Below, in pieces: positions 63,261 to 64,000 of a stretch of 64,000 nucleotides of DNA. Source of the stretch: an uncultured Actinomycetes bacterium (GTDB taxonomy: Bacteria; Actinomycetota; Thermoleophilia; UBA2241); the NCBI GenBank assembly GCA_963725665.1, contig CAVRZA010000001.1, positions 160,001 through 224,000 of the forward strand. The letters are read 5' to 3'. The notes below the pieces were generated by a model. It was not told the DNA's origin, ran no database searches, and saw only the letters and a list, made by a program, of their open reading frames with translations. The translations under genes and the position numbers were made by a program. How positions within the stretch are numbered: position 1 is the stretch's first letter; each line of letters starts with the position of its first letter.

Positions 63261-64000
63261 TCAGTCTTCATCGGTGCCAGATCGTTCCTTGTCGCCTGAC
63301 CCCTCCTCGTTGTCGCCGAACGGCGGGAGGGACGGCTTGCCGGCGATGAGGTCGTAGAACCAGAGCCTGAAGCGCTGGAACCGCGCGCGCCCACGCAGCT
63401 CCCGGGCCTGGGCGCGCGCCAGCTTCTCCGGCTTGCCGGCGTAGCGGGCGCGCGCCCAGGGCGAGCCCGGCCGCGCCAGGCGCACGGCGCCCACCAGTGC
63501 GACGACCGGCACCCAGATGCCGATGAAGCCGGTCCAGAGCTTGCCCTTGAAGACCGCTATCGCCGCGCAGACCAGGTTCAGCACCTCGAGGATCGTGCCC
63601 GGCAAGACGAAGAAGTCGCCGAGTTTGCTGCCCACGATGGGAGGCCCAACGAGCAGGAAGAGCAGGCCGGCCGCCGCGACGACGACCACGGCGTCGACGG
63701 AGAGCCGCCCCTGCTCCTCCCAGTAGACGTCCTCCAGGTGCAGGATGAGGGCGAACTCGTCGAGCGTCAGGGCGACGCCGGCGCCGAACGCGAAGGCGAG
63801 GAACTGCAGGACGAGGCCGGTCGGAGAGAGCGCGAACGTGAGCAGTCCCGTTGTGACCATGATGATCACACCGAAGACCATGTGGTGGATGTGCGTCCCG
63901 CCGGGCGTGATGTCGCGGAACCACCAGCTCACCTTGGCCCTGATGAGGCGGGTGTTGGCGCGGACGAGAAGGAAGGTGACGAGGAGGCCCAGGGTGAAGG
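63261..64000 (-). CDS. Conserved actinobacterial integral membrane protein (5' end outside the window)
   Basis: TRLIRA, GGTHIHHMVFG, LTLDEFALILHLEDVYW...GRLSVDAV, RLARPGSPWAR. Confidence 0.8.
   Translation of the reverse strand, partial: FTLGLLVTFLLVRANTRLIRAKVSWWFRDITPGGTHIHHMVFGVIIMVTTGLLTFALSPTGLVLQFLAFAFGAGVALTLDEFALILHLEDVYWEEQGRLSVDAVVVVAAAGLLFLLVGPPIVGSKLGDFFVLPGTILEVLNLVCAAIAVFKGKLWTGFIGIWVPVVALVGAVRLARPGSPWARARYAGKPEKLARAQARELRGRARFQRFRLWFYDLIAGKPSLPPFGDNEEGSGDKERSGTDED

Overview
High-GC bacterial DNA, probably an actinobacterium (inferred from codon use, leaderless-type promoters and gene content), made almost entirely of accessory metabolic and transport genes. I could not support any rRNA, tRNA, CRISPR array, integrase or transposase. 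Main blocks, in order: (1) a secreted sugar dehydrogenase, a 5'-truncated papain-like peptidase fused to lectin repeats, and a frameshifted chagasin-type inhibitor; (2) a ~10 kb lower-GC catabolic island (GATase, phosphotriesterase-family hydrolase, Opp/Dpp-type ABC importer, class III aminotransferase, ketose 3-epimerase-like enzyme) bracketed by a degenerate ~340 bp direct repeat; (3) a flavoprotein, typA, and a GerMN lipoprotein carrying a foreign-looking in-frame insert; (4) a liv operon whose livF is joined tail-to-tail to a truncated agmatinase; (5) USP, hydroxyacid-oxoacid transhydrogenase, a GH114-like lipoprotein and an orphan hutU; (6) a corrinoid methyltransferase module with a GntR regulator and a perfect operator-like palindrome; (7) an operon of sphingosine-1-phosphate-lyase-like enzyme, FGGY kinase, MFS, ALDH and SDR, with a class II aldolase/class III aminotransferase fusion 6 kb away. 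Block 7 is the best candidate for an undescribed pathway (sphingoid base or amino-polyol catabolism). (8) An ABC exporter, ADC-like protein, nitroreductase and VapBC pair; (9) three B12-binding radical SAM genes with a GT-C glycosyltransferase. Several single-base frameshifts are probably sequencing errors. All family calls come from motif recognition by eye; no searches were run.
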